A DNA stretch of 64,000 nucleotides, from positions 5,888,001-5,952,000 of the forward strand of contig OY762069.1 of NCBI GenBank assembly GCA_963665095.1. The letters run 5' to 3'. The position numbers and the translations under genes were made by a program. A model generated the notes under the pieces. The model made no database searches, had not been told where the DNA came from, and was given only the letters and a program-made list of their open reading frames with translations. The stretch is from an uncultured Desulfobacter sp. Its GTDB lineage: Bacteria > Desulfobacterota > Desulfobacteria > Desulfobacterales > Desulfobacteraceae. Shown in pieces: positions 49,810 through 59,871 of the stretch (its first letter is position 1; the number at the start of each line of letters is the position of its first letter).

Positions 49810-50823
49810 ATGGCATATAAAATAGCTGTAAACGGATATGGAAGGATTGGACGGTGTGTGGTGCGTGCTCTTTATGAGTCCGGGCGTTTTAAGAAAAAAT
49901 TGCATCTTGTTGCTGTGAATGAAACATCCCATCCGGACACCGTTTTCCATCTAACCCGGTTTGATTCCATCCATGGCAGGTTCCCCGGGAGCGTGGAAAA
50001 AGACAATACAGGCATGGTGATTGACGGTGATAGGATTTGTCTGCTCCAGGAAAAAAATATTGAGGACCTGCCCTGGAAAAATTTAAACGTTGACGTGGTG
50101 CTTGACTGTACTGGTGTTTTTAATGACCGGCAGGCGGCGCAGCGACACATACACGCAGGTGCCTCAAAGGTTATCTATTCTCACCCGGCCAAAGATGAGA
50201 TGGATGCCACCATTATATACGGCGTAAACCATCACCTCCTTAAGTCAGGCCATGCGGTTATTTCAAATGCTTCATGCACCTCTAACTGCCTGATCCCCAT
50301 CCTTACTGTCATTGATGCGCATCTTGGCATTGACAGCGGGTCTATAACCACGATCCATTCTGCTATGAACGATCAGCCCGTGATTGATGCCTATAACTCC
50401 GACTTAAGAAAAACCCGGTCTGCCCTTCAATCCATCATTCCTGTGAGTACCTCGCTTGCAAAAGGAATCGGTAGAATTCTTCCCCATCTGGATAACCGGT
50501 TTGAGACCCTGGCCATCCGGGTACCCACCACCAATGTCTCTATTATGGACATTTCTCTGGTAGTGAATGCCGACACAGATGCCAGTCAGGTCAATGATCT
50601 GTTAAGCCGTTCTGCTGAAGCTGATTTAAAAGGAATTTTAGGCGTCAGTGACGAGCAACTGGTATCCTGTGATTTTAACCACGATGCCAGATCTGCCATT
50701 GTGGATCTGCCCCAGACCCGTGTGTCGGGTTCAAGACTTGTGAAAATTCAGGCCTGGTTTGACAATGAATGGGGATATTCCAACCGGATGCTCGATACCA
50801 CCATCGCCGCCCTGGATAGTTAA
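49810..50823 (+). CDS. epd: Erythrose-4-phosphate dehydrogenase (GAPDH family)
   Basis: NGYGRIGR, SNASCTSNC; Epd-type TTIHSAMNDQPVIDAY..DLRKTRSA.QSIIPV and VNE rather than IND. Confidence 0.75.
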   Translation: MAYKIAVNGYGRIGRCVVRALYESGRFKKKLHLVAVNETSHPDTVFHLTRFDSIHGRFPGSVEKDNTGMVIDGDRICLLQEKNIEDLPWKNLNVDVVLDCTGVFNDRQAAQRHIHAGASKVIYSHPAKDEMDATIIYGVNHHLLKSGHAVISNASCTSNCLIPILTVIDAHLGIDSGSITTIHSAMNDQPVIDAYNSDLRKTRSALQSIIPVSTSLAKGIGRILPHLDNRFETLAIRVPTTNVSIMDISLVVNADTDASQVNDLLSRSAEADLKGILGVSDEQLVSCDFNHDARSAIVDLPQTRVSGSRLVKIQAWFDNEWGYSNRMLDTTIAALDS

Positions 50824-50826
50824 ATG

Positions 50827-50896
50827 AAAATAATTGGGGTCAGAGTAAAATTAAATTGACGCGTCAATTTAATTTTACTCTGACCCCAATTATTTT
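50827..50896. repeat. Perfect 70-bp palindrome without spacer (REP-like, probable bidirectional terminator)
   Basis: AAAATAATTGGGGTCAGAGTAAAATTAAATTGACG followed directly by its reverse complement, between convergent stops. Confidence 0.95.
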
Positions 50897-50897
50897 T

Positions 50898-51680
50898 TTA
50901 TTTTTTAAGGGCTAAGAGCTTTTCAGCAATCTGTCTCAACTCTTCCGGGATATTGGCAATGTCATCAAAGGGGCGTGTGCCGTCACGGTCTGACTTGACA
51001 ATTTCATCCAGCTCAGGCAGGAATCCCAGAATTTTATAGTCCGGCATGCTTTCTGTAATCAGGGCCTTGTCTTCGTCGGATTTCACTCGGTTGCCTAAAA
51101 CTACAATATTTTGAATGCCGATGTCCTTACCTAATTTCCGAATGGTGTCTGCGGCCACCCGGCTGCGTTTGCCGGGGTTGACCACTACTACAAGGGCATC
51201 CACAGAACCTGAGGTGGCGCGCCCTAAATGTTCGACGCCGGCTTCCATGTCCATAATTACGATCTCATTTCTTGCCAGCACCAGATGGTTCATCAGGGCT
51301 TTTAAAATGGTTGCTTCCGGGCAGATGCACCCTGAGCCGCCTTTCTGGACTGTGCCCATAACCAGTAGCTTGACGCCATCTTTTTCAAGTGAAAAACGAT
51401 CCGGAATATCATCCACTTTGGGATTCAGGGTAAAAAATCCGCCCATGGTGCCGGGCTGGGCTCCGGTACGTTCTGCAATCAGATCTGACAGCGCCGCAAT
51501 AGGAGTAATGGGTGCTGTTTCATCAATTCCTAAACCGGCAGCCAGGTTGGCAACAGGGTCTGCATCAATGGCAATAACACTGGTTTCTTTCTCAAGAGCT
51601 GCTATGGTACGGGCGATCAGGGCTGTAACCGTTGTTTTTCCGACTCCGCCTTTGCCGCCAAATGCAAGTTTTAAACTCAT
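50898..51680 (-). CDS. cooC: CooC/AcsF nickel-insertion ATPase
   Basis: GKGGVGKTT, IDADP, GSGCICP, DMEAGVEHLGR. Confidence 0.9.
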   Translation of the reverse strand: MSLKLAFGGKGGVGKTTVTALIARTIAALEKETSVIAIDADPVANLAAGLGIDETAPITPIAALSDLIAERTGAQPGTMGGFFTLNPKVDDIPDRFSLEKDGVKLLVMGTVQKGGSGCICPEATILKALMNHLVLARNEIVIMDMEAGVEHLGRATSGSVDALVVVVNPGKRSRVAADTIRKLGKDIGIQNIVVLGNRVKSDEDKALITESMPDYKILGFLPELDEIVKSDRDGTRPFDDIANIPEELRQIAEKLLALKK

Positions 51681-51718
51681 TATAGGGTGTTTCCTTGTTT
51701 GCGCACATTTGTAAAAAA

Positions 51719-52012
51719 TTATTCAAGCTGTTTCAAAATCTTACCGTCCTCATCCAGGATAAAGATTTTATGTCCTGCTTCTTTTGCTGCTGTTCTGACA
51801 TCCTCTTCGATTACGGCATGGACATCATACTTACCAGTAAAAAGATCCTTAGGCATTAAAGAAAAACATGCTTTGGCATCCTGTTTTGATTTAAATACAG
51901 GCAGGAATTTTTCACCGTCATCCTGGCTAAAACCCAAAAACTGCGCTCTAGGGGTATCAGGGTTCTGGACAATGAGATAATACCACTTGTCAGTGACTTC
52001 CATATTTTCCAT
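51719..52012 (-). CDS. Hypothetical protein
   Basis: 97-aa ORF co-oriented with and just upstream of cooC. Confidence 0.65.
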   Translation of the reverse strand: MENMEVTDKWYYLIVQNPDTPRAQFLGFSQDDGEKFLPVFKSKQDAKACFSLMPKDLFTGKYDVHAVIEEDVRTAAKEAGHKIFILDEDGKILKQLE

Positions 52013-52449
52013 GTTCTATCCTTGGGTTATTATTTAGGGGATCTGTTTTTGTATCAACTTTTTACCAGTTAAATTTTATATTCCTTAAGACCTTTTAATA
52101 TATGTCTGTAAGCGGATTTTTCAACCAGCGAACACTGATAAAAAAAATCAACCGGTGTTATACAAAAACAGATTAATGAGTTACAGATCCGGTCCAATTA
52201 TGGTTCCCCTTCACCCGGAAAGTGGCGTTATCCTATATAATTACACATGCAGAGGCAAGGAAAGAAATAATCCCTGTACATAAAAATACGTACACTTTCA
52301 TACGTGAGGATTTCAGTTTTGTGCAACAACGCAGCAAGTGAGTGGCTTTGTGTCAGGCGGGGCGTGAACATGTCATAAATCTCCCGGTTTAAAAATGTAG
52401 GCGATTAAAGGGCCGGCCTCCAGATGCATGTAGACCGGCCTCGGCTTTG

Positions 52450-53184
52450 TTATTCTTCTGTCACATCTTTCATTCTAAAACTCTTAGCCTCAATGACCAC
52501 AGGCTCGGTGTGGTGAAGAAGCCTGTCCAGCAGAGCTGATGTTAATGTCATGTCATTGTTGAAGATCTCCGGCCAATCTTTGAACACCCGGTTTGTGGTT
52601 ACTATGATGGCTCCTTGCTCATAGCACTGACTGATAATTTGGAACAACAGGTCTGCCCCAATCTTGTCAATGGGCAGGTAGCCCAGTTCATCCATGATCA
52701 GCAAAGTTGGCTTGAGGTATTTTCTCAGTTCCTGCTTTAACTGACCCGCCTTCTGGGCTGCCACCAGATTGTTGACGATATCAATGGCAGAAGAGAACAG
52801 AACCGTATGGTTTTTCAGGCAGGTCTGGTAACCTAAAGCAGTCGCAATATGTGTTTTCCCAACACCAACCGGGCCGATCACGATAATGTTACCCTTTTCT
52901 TCAATGAACTTGAGTTTGAACAGATTCTGGATCTGGGCCTGATTGATTTTTCTGGGCCATGACCAGTTGAACTGGTCCAGAGTTTTGATTACCGGGAACT
53001 TGGCCATACGGATACGGCGCTGGATGGTTTTATCATGGCGCAGTAGTGATTCATGCCTGGCAAGCTCTGATAGATACTGAACGTGGCTCCATTGCTTCTG
53101 GGCAGCCAGGGTAGCCACTGACTCATAGTTTTCCCTGATATAAGGTAGTTTTAAGTGGGACAGGCATTTTTCAAGATCAGGCAT
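52450..53184 (-). CDS. istB: IS21 helper ATPase IstB
   Basis: GPVGVGKTH, LLIMDELGYLP, IVTTN, LLDRLLHH. Confidence 0.95.
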   Translation of the reverse strand: MPDLEKCLSHLKLPYIRENYESVATLAAQKQWSHVQYLSELARHESLLRHDKTIQRRIRMAKFPVIKTLDQFNWSWPRKINQAQIQNLFKLKFIEEKGNIIVIGPVGVGKTHIATALGYQTCLKNHTVLFSSAIDIVNNLVAAQKAGQLKQELRKYLKPTLLIMDELGYLPIDKIGADLLFQIISQCYEQGAIIVTTNRVFKDWPEIFNNDMTLTSALLDRLLHHTEPVVIEAKSFRMKDVTEE

Positions 53185-54376
53185 TTTTATCTCCTATGGC
53201 AGTATAAATATTAAGATCAGGCTCCTGGATTGTCAGGTTCAGTAAATCTGCTTTATGTGTAACATGCAGGGCTCCGGGCTCCTGGGGAGACCGAAACCGC
53301 TGCTCAAGGAGGTTGGCGATGTATTCACATGAAAATGCAGAGAACTTAAAGGTCTCTTCAATGGCCATGGCAACTTGTTCCCGGGAGTAGATTTCACTCA
53401 AGGCCACGATTTGCCGTACATGATGGGAGGCGTTAAGCCGCCTGTTCTGCAATTGCCTGTAATATTCCCCGGCCTTGTCAGACAGGCTTAAAAAACGCAT
53501 ATAAATTGCCTGGTCTCTGGCCTTTTTGCGCTGGCTCAAAAGGATTTTAGAGTGATCAGGATCTTCAAGGTCGTTTTTGCGGCCATAGGATCTGACATGG
53601 CGGGCAACCAACTTGTCTTCATGGTAAAAGCAGATCCGATCAGGGTAAAGCTTGGCAGTCAAAGCCACCCCGGCCAGCTGGGCAGGTACTGTGTAAGCAT
53701 TTATATCGATGACTACCCTGTACTGTCTTGAAGCCCGTACCTGCTTTACCACACCGATATCATAGGGTTCTGACGGCAGAGGGTATAGGTGGGGCAATTC
53801 CAGGGCATACATCTCTGCGGGCTTTTGACCGGTCTCTCCGTGGGTTCTGACATTGGCGACAGTATCAAGCCAGTGTTTGCAGGTGGGCTCCATGATCTTA
53901 AAATCAGGGATTTCAAGACCGTTGAGCAGATTCTTTTTGACATAGCCCACAGCATTTTCAACCTGGCCTTTTTCATTACCCTTGCGCACATTGCAGGGAA
54001 CAATTGTAAATCCGTAATAATCTGCAAAATTAAGGTATCTGGGGTTGAAGACCGGGGCTTTCCCCAGCAGTCTTTTTAGAACAGCGGATTTGAGATTGTC
54101 CACCATGACCTTTTCCGGCACCTTTCCAAAAAACTCAAATGCATTCTGGTGGCAGCCTAAAAAATGCTCCATGGTCTGGGAGACTGTGAACTCAACGTAC
54201 ATCATGCGGCTGTGGCACATCACCATAACAAAAAAGCTCAACTGCCGGGTCGTGTTGCCCACCCTTACTGTACTATAAGAACCCCAGTCCACCTGGGCAG
54301 CTTCACCCGGAGCAAAACTCAGTTTCAAATACGCCTTTGTTTTGGGCGGCCGCACCTTCCTGACATAATCCTCAAC
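53177..54376 (-). pseudogene. istA: IS21 transposase IstA, N-terminal HTH lost
   Basis: PGEAAQVDWG, VDNLKSAV, KGQVE; similarity begins at DYVRKVRP, upstream codons are antisense of the NuoF remnant. Confidence 0.88.
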
Positions 54377-54377
54377 T

Positions 54378-55880
54378 GATATGGTCCCTTCTGTAATGGA
54401 GTTCCCCCGCTTCAACCGCGAATCCCGGGTGATCATGGGCCGCTGCGGACGTATTGATCCGGAACAGATCCAGGAGTACATTGCCGACGGGGGCTATGGC
54501 ACGCTGGCAAAGGCCCTGGCCCTGGACCCGGAACAGATCCTTGAAACCATTGAGGCATCCGGGCTGCGGGGCAGGGGAGGGGCGGGATTCCCCATGGCCT
54601 GTAAATGGCGGACTGCACGGCAGACGCATGCGGCTGAAAAATAAATCGTGTGCAACGCGGACGAGGGGGACCCCGGTGCCTACATGGACCGCACGCTTCT
54701 GGAGAGCAATCCCCACCAGGTGATCGAGGGGATACTGGTGGCGGCCCTGGCCGTGGGGGCCTGCCAAGGCATGGTCTATGTGCGCTCGGAATACCCGCTT
54801 GCCGTGCGCATCCTTACCCTTGCCGTTGAGCAGGCAAGAGCCTAGGGTTTTTGGGGGACAACATCCTTGGCAGCGGTTTTTGTTTTGATATCGAACTGTT
54901 CCAGGGGTCCGGCGCCTTTGTCTGCGGGGAAGAGACGGCGCTGATCCGGTCTGTGGAAGGGTTTCGGGGCATGCCCCGGCATCGTCCTCCCTTTCCCGCC
55001 ACCAGGGGGAGACAGGGGCACCCCACGGTGATCAACAATGTAAAAACCTTGGCTTTTGTGGTTGCCATTATGGAAAAAGGGGAGTCCCGGAACGGCGGTT
55101 TTCAGCGTGGTGGGCAATGTGGTGCGCCCGGGACTGGTGGAGATCCCCATGGGCATCTCCCTGCGGGAACTGATCTTTGATGTGTGCGGCGGGATTCCCG
55201 GCAAAAAACAGTTTAAAGCCGTGCAGATCGGCGGACCCTCCGGTGGCTGCCTGTCCGAGGATTACCTGGATACGCCCGTGGATTTTGACGCACTGAACCG
55301 GGCCGGTGCCATGATGGGCTCCGGCGGCCTGGTGGTCATGGATGAAGATGCGTGTATGGTGGATGTGGCAAGGTTTTTTCTTGATTTCACCCAGAAAGAG
55401 TCCTGCGGCAAATGTACCTTCTGCCGCTTCGGGACCCGCCACCTGCTGGAGATCCTGGAACGGATCACAAAGGGAGACTGAGGTGACGGGGATATTGAGC
55501 AGCTGGAGCAGATCAGCCGGGCCGTTAAAAAAGGGTCCCTTTGCGGACTGGGCAAAACCTCGCCCAATCCCGTGCTCACCTCCCTTGCCTGCTTCAGGGA
55601 GGAATACCAGGCCCATATGTCCGAGCAGAAATGTCCGTCCGGTACCTGTCGGGAACTGACGGCCTTTTATATTGATGAGCAAAAGTGCGCCCTGGGCTGC
55701 GATGTGTGCGCAGCCTGCTGCACGGTGGATGCCGTGTTCACCACAACGGGGTTGAAAAAAGGCATTGACCAGACCCTGTGCGTAAAAATGCGGCGAGTGC
55801 GTGACCGCCTGTCCCCCGGATTACGATGCCGTGGTAAAGGTGTCTCCGGCACGGCTGGTGCCCGTGGTGGAACAAATGCC
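54378..55880 (+). pseudogene. Decayed NuoF/HydB-type NADH-binding flavoprotein subunit
   Basis: [55 protein letters not shown]; stops at 54642, 54843, 55479, internal deletion near 55080. Confidence 0.92.
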
Positions 55881-55958
55881 TGTGCAGGCACCGGAAAATG
55901 CAGACCAAGACCCCAATATAACCCGGGACGAATCCCGGGGCGAGAACGGTGAATCTCT

Positions 55959-56069
55959 ATGAACACAGCAGTCGCCCAAACCGTTTCACTGACTGTCAAC
56001 CACAGGGCCATCCAGGCGGAAAAAGGCGCAAGCCTCTTGTCAGCCTGCCTGGATGCCGGCTTTTTTATA
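55959..56069 (+). pseudogene. 5' stub of a [2Fe-2S] subunit (NuoG/HydA/Fdh-like N-terminus)
   Basis: MNTAVAQTVSLTVNHRAIQAEKGASLLSACLDAGFFI, breaks off before the expected P-x-L-C. Confidence 0.6.
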
Positions 56070-56466
56070 TGGGGCTGGATCGGTTTTCATGCAGCCGGCA
56101 TTTGTAAAAAGGATCCACTTTGAAAAATCGAAATGATTTTAATGTACATCCCCATGGACAGTTAAAAATTCCGGGAAGTATTAGCAAAGCGGCTTAAACG
56201 ATGCTTTGTTAAAACTATACTCTCTTTTTTTTAAATAGCACAATGGCCTGATACCGGGTCGGTCATGCCAGTTCTCCTTTTCAAGCTGGTTTATATCAGT
56301 TTTTGATTACTGACACAAAATTTTGAACACCCTTCTTTAACCCGGGTGTAACCACAACAATTATCGCAGCCTGAACAAGTGGCTTAACTGCAATTTTTTA
56401 CAATACATTTAAGAAAAGATGGCATAGGTCTTCTTGAAATTTATTTGTCATTCAAGGAGATTAAAA

Positions 56467-57384
56467 ATGCAAACCCTATCATGTAAAAAGCCTGACCGTT
56501 GGAAAAATTCAATTTCTAAATCAACACTGATCCCTTATGTCGCCCTTCTGGCTGCTGCCTTTTTCTGGGGTGCGTCGTTTCCGGCCACCCGTTTCGCCGT
56601 AAGCCTTCTTGATCCAGGCGCGGTGATGTTTTGCCGCATGGCGGTTGCATGTCTGATTATGGCCCCCTTTGCCAGGCAGTTGAAACCAGCTGTTTTGTCA
56701 GCAAAAGATTTAATCCTTTTAATCCCAATGATCCTGCTCCAGCCCTGCCTCTATTTCCTTCTGGAATCCAATGCGCTGAAACTGACCACCTCTTCCCAGG
56801 CCGGCGTTATCTCGGCTTCAGTGCCCATGCTTGTGGCTCTGGGCGCCTGGCTATTTTTATCGGAAAAGATCACCATGAAAGTGGTCTTAGGGCTGGTTGT
56901 GTCCATGGCCGGTGTCATCATCTTGACTTTTCAGGCAGGCCCGGCCCGGGCAGGGGACAATCCTTTTCTTGGAAACTGCCTGGAGTTGGGTGCCATGGCC
57001 TGTGCCGCCGGCAATATGCTCTTGGTCAAGCGATTAAGTGTGAAGTACAGCACCTGGACCCTGACCGGTTTGCAGTTTATTGCCGGCCTGATTTTTTTTT
57101 CCCCGGGAATGGTCCATATTGTTTCCAGGCCCGGGACCCTTTTCCGGCTGGATTTAATCGGGGTGCTGATTCTTTTAGGGGCCTTTGCCTCAGTGGGGGC
57201 TTTTGGGCTTTATAACTGGTCCATGAGCCGCATAGCTGCAAGCAGGGCTTCTGTATTTATAAACCTGGTCCCGGTGATTGCTGTAGGTTTAGGCTGGACC
57301 CTGCTGGGTGAGTCACTTGCTTTGGGGCAGGCGGCAGGTGCCTTTCTGGTGGGCTGCGGGGTGATGGTCAGTCAGAAAAAATAA
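56467..57384 (+). CDS. DMT/EamA family transporter
   Basis: FWGASF, SQAGVISASVP, RASVFINLVPVIAV..LLGE; AGGAG RBS. Confidence 0.92.
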   Translation: MQTLSCKKPDRWKNSISKSTLIPYVALLAAAFFWGASFPATRFAVSLLDPGAVMFCRMAVACLIMAPFARQLKPAVLSAKDLILLIPMILLQPCLYFLLESNALKLTTSSQAGVISASVPMLVALGAWLFLSEKITMKVVLGLVVSMAGVIILTFQAGPARAGDNPFLGNCLELGAMACAAGNMLLVKRLSVKYSTWTLTGLQFIAGLIFFSPGMVHIVSRPGTLFRLDLIGVLILLGAFASVGAFGLYNWSMSRIAASRASVFINLVPVIAVGLGWTLLGESLALGQAAGAFLVGCGVMVSQKK

Positions 57385-57387
57385 AAA

Positions 57388-57424
57388 ACTGCCCCTGTCC
57401 GAATAGGTTCCGGACAGGGGCAGT
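57388..57424. terminator. Terminator between convergent DMT gene and acsE
   Basis: 14-bp stem ACTGCCCCTGTCCG/CGGACAGGGGCAGT; A-run on the left gives a U-tail for the acs transcript. Confidence 0.8.
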
Positions 57425-57451
57425 AAAACAAAAACTATGCAAAAAGTCAGA

Positions 57452-58366
57452 TCAGATTTCCAGCCAGGAATCTGAATACAGGGTTTCACCCATGATTACT
57501 TTATAAGTCTTGTAGTAGTCAAGCAGTTCGCCTTCAAGGCTGGCGGCTCCTGGATCGTTGCCGTCCATCAGACCCCAGATAAGGTCAGTGATATCAGAAC
57601 GCTGCCCCTTGGCAATGGCCGTCTGGCGTTTGTCAAGCGGATCGGCAATAACGGATTTCATCCCGTATTTCCACAGCATGCACATATAGGTGGAGTTCAG
57701 AATGGGGCGAAGATGCTCTGGCGGCCCATTGGAGATGTTGGACAGACCACAGGTGGATTTTGCACCAGGGGCTATGTCTTCCAGCATCATCTGAAAGTTG
57801 AGAAGGCTCATGCACTGCTGCTGCTGAATGTTTACAGGTGTTACAATACCGTCTACCCAGATTTTTTCATTGGGAATACCGGCTTCGTTGGCAAAATAAA
57901 GCAGTTCTACTGCCAGGGCTGCTCTTTCATTCTCGTCACGGGGCAGTCCTTCGGGACCCCACATCAGGGCTACAAAATCAGCATCATATTTAGCAGTCAT
58001 GGGCACCATTCTCTCATAACGTTCGGCCCGGGCCATGATGGAGTTGACAATATGGGGCTTGTCAGCAGGCTTGCAAACCTTAAGCCCTTCTTCAATGGCG
58101 TCGATGTTAGAAGAGTCCAGAAGCAGGGGCATTCCCGGGACCGCTTCCTGAACAACATTAACAACCCAGGGCATCAGCTCTTTACCGGTTTTTTTGGCAG
58201 GGCCAAGGTTGATGTCAATGTAGTCCATGCCCAGCTCTTTTTGTCTGGTGACTTCTGCCTGGATGGGTTCGGGATTACGTTTGGCGGGATCAGGTTCCTT
58301 GAACTCTTTTCCGATGACCTTGGAAATAACGTTCAAGCTTTCACCAAATAAAATCATGTTCTCCAT
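57452..58366 (-). CDS. acsE: Methyl-THF:corrinoid FeS protein methyltransferase
   Basis: Pterin-binding fold: GESLN, YIDINLG, LLDSSN, VNS, CGLSNISNG; follows acsC. Confidence 0.88.
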   Translation of the reverse strand: MENMILFGESLNVISKVIGKEFKEPDPAKRNPEPIQAEVTRQKELGMDYIDINLGPAKKTGKELMPWVVNVVQEAVPGMPLLLDSSNIDAIEEGLKVCKPADKPHIVNSIMARAERYERMVPMTAKYDADFVALMWGPEGLPRDENERAALAVELLYFANEAGIPNEKIWVDGIVTPVNIQQQQCMSLLNFQMMLEDIAPGAKSTCGLSNISNGPPEHLRPILNSTYMCMLWKYGMKSVIADPLDKRQTAIAKGQRSDITDLIWGLMDGNDPGAASLEGELLDYYKTYKVIMGETLYSDSWLEI

Positions 58367-58444
58367 GGTTTATCCTTTGCTTGATTTAGGGGTTGTACAT
58401 TTGCTGCCGGGGGGGCTGGGCCAACCCCGGCAGTAGTCTGTTCT

Positions 58445-59785
58445 TTATTTAGATTTGAGGAAGGCGGGCAGATGAGCTGCTTCCCTCGGTCCGACTGTAA
58501 TGGTCCAGCCGGGCAGTTCTTCTTCGACATCTCCGGCAATAGCGGCTGCATAGCCGGGAATGATCAGTTCAGTGTGTTTTACTTTATCCATGATGCCGCT
58601 CTTTTTAACGAACATGCCCACATCATCGCCGCCGAATTTTCCGGCTGCCCAGGCAGTCAGAACGGACAGTCCTTCTGAATCCTTGATCAACAGCCAGCAG
58701 GGTACTTTAGAGGACTCAATTTCACCAGATACGATGAAGTAAGTCAAGGCAAAGTTTGTGGTAACAAGAACTGGAGAATTTTCATCCGGGTTGCCGATTT
58801 CAAAGATGCCTTCGGTAACCGTCATGGGCCGCTGGGGATCGGTAAAGATGTTGAGCCGTTCCAGTAACAGCGGGAACAATGATTCCGGTGCGAAATCGGA
58901 CATCACGACAATGCCGCCGTATTTGGCCACCAGCATACCGGCAATAAGGGTTTCCATATCCAGGTTGGAAGCCATTTCACAGGGAAAGGAAATGGTGGGA
59001 AAGCCCAACGCCTTGTTGGATGCTTTAAGGGCGGCACGACGGATGGCCACCTGATCTTCAAAAAGCTGTTTGATTTCACGGGCGCCTGAATCAATCACAA
59101 GGTCTTTCAGACCCATGCCGGTCAGCTTTTCTGTCAGCGACTGAAGCGCGTCAATAGATTCGGCTTTCACTGCCAGGGGCAAATCATTGTCTTTTGCGAG
59201 CGCGCCCATGTCATCTGCATTGGCTTCTGTGGCAGCATAGAGCAAGGGACGTTTGAATCCGGCTTTCTCAACACCGGCTTTCATCACGTCAATATCTTCG
59301 GTCATAAGAATCAGGTTGAATTCAGATTCTTTTGCTATTTTTTCTGCAACTGCTGCAAAGGCATCAGCACCGTTTCCGGCATCTTTTACTGCAACAAGTT
59401 CGGGTCTCAGATTCAAGCCCACCCGTTCATACTGGAATGCATTGTAAATTTTAAGCTTGCTGTCCAACTCTGCAAGATCAATATCGGAAGAGACACAGGC
59501 TGCAAGCAATGTGGGGTTAAAAAAGGTTTTTTCATGTCTGTAAAGAACAGTTTCACCGCCGGTGGTGGTTTTACGCACGCCTTTGCCAAGGGCGACAGGG
59601 CGGATGGGAGGCGCGGACGCTTCGGCCAGTTTTTCCTTTGCTTCGTCGGACACATAAGGGCAGCTGTCCAGTTCTGCCTTGCCAGATGCCAGGTTCATTG
59701 CAAAGGCCAGGCAGGTGGGTACTCCGCACTCTTTGCAGTTTGTTTTCGGCAAGAGCTTGAAAATTTGAATACCGGTTAATGCCAT
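58445..59785 (-). CDS. acsC: Corrinoid FeS protein large subunit
   Basis: LPKTNCKECGVPTCLAFA, FTDPQRP, VTTNFALTY, SVLTAWAAGKF. Confidence 0.96.
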   Translation of the reverse strand: MALTGIQIFKLLPKTNCKECGVPTCLAFAMNLASGKAELDSCPYVSDEAKEKLAEASAPPIRPVALGKGVRKTTTGGETVLYRHEKTFFNPTLLAACVSSDIDLAELDSKLKIYNAFQYERVGLNLRPELVAVKDAGNGADAFAAVAEKIAKESEFNLILMTEDIDVMKAGVEKAGFKRPLLYAATEANADDMGALAKDNDLPLAVKAESIDALQSLTEKLTGMGLKDLVIDSGAREIKQLFEDQVAIRRAALKASNKALGFPTISFPCEMASNLDMETLIAGMLVAKYGGIVVMSDFAPESLFPLLLERLNIFTDPQRPMTVTEGIFEIGNPDENSPVLVTTNFALTYFIVSGEIESSKVPCWLLIKDSEGLSVLTAWAAGKFGGDDVGMFVKKSGIMDKVKHTELIIPGYAAAIAGDVEEELPGWTITVGPREAAHLPAFLKSK

Positions 59786-59871
59786 TTTTATCTCCTTAAG
59801 TGATTATAGCGCTTGTTAATGGCCCGGCAGGGGGGCTGCCAGGCCATTGGTATTAAAATTACATTAAAAAC

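Larger units (their letters stand above)
52351..54376 (-). mobile_element. Truncated IS21-family element
   Basis: istA-istB pair; candidate end TGTCAGGCGGGGCGTGAACATGT..CCGGTTTAAAAATGT at 52351; other end missing. Confidence 0.85.

Noticed and set aside
55479..55481. In-frame TGA in the nuoF-like gene as selenocysteine
   Set aside because: The gene also has TAA and TAG stops and deletions, and the position is not a conserved Cys
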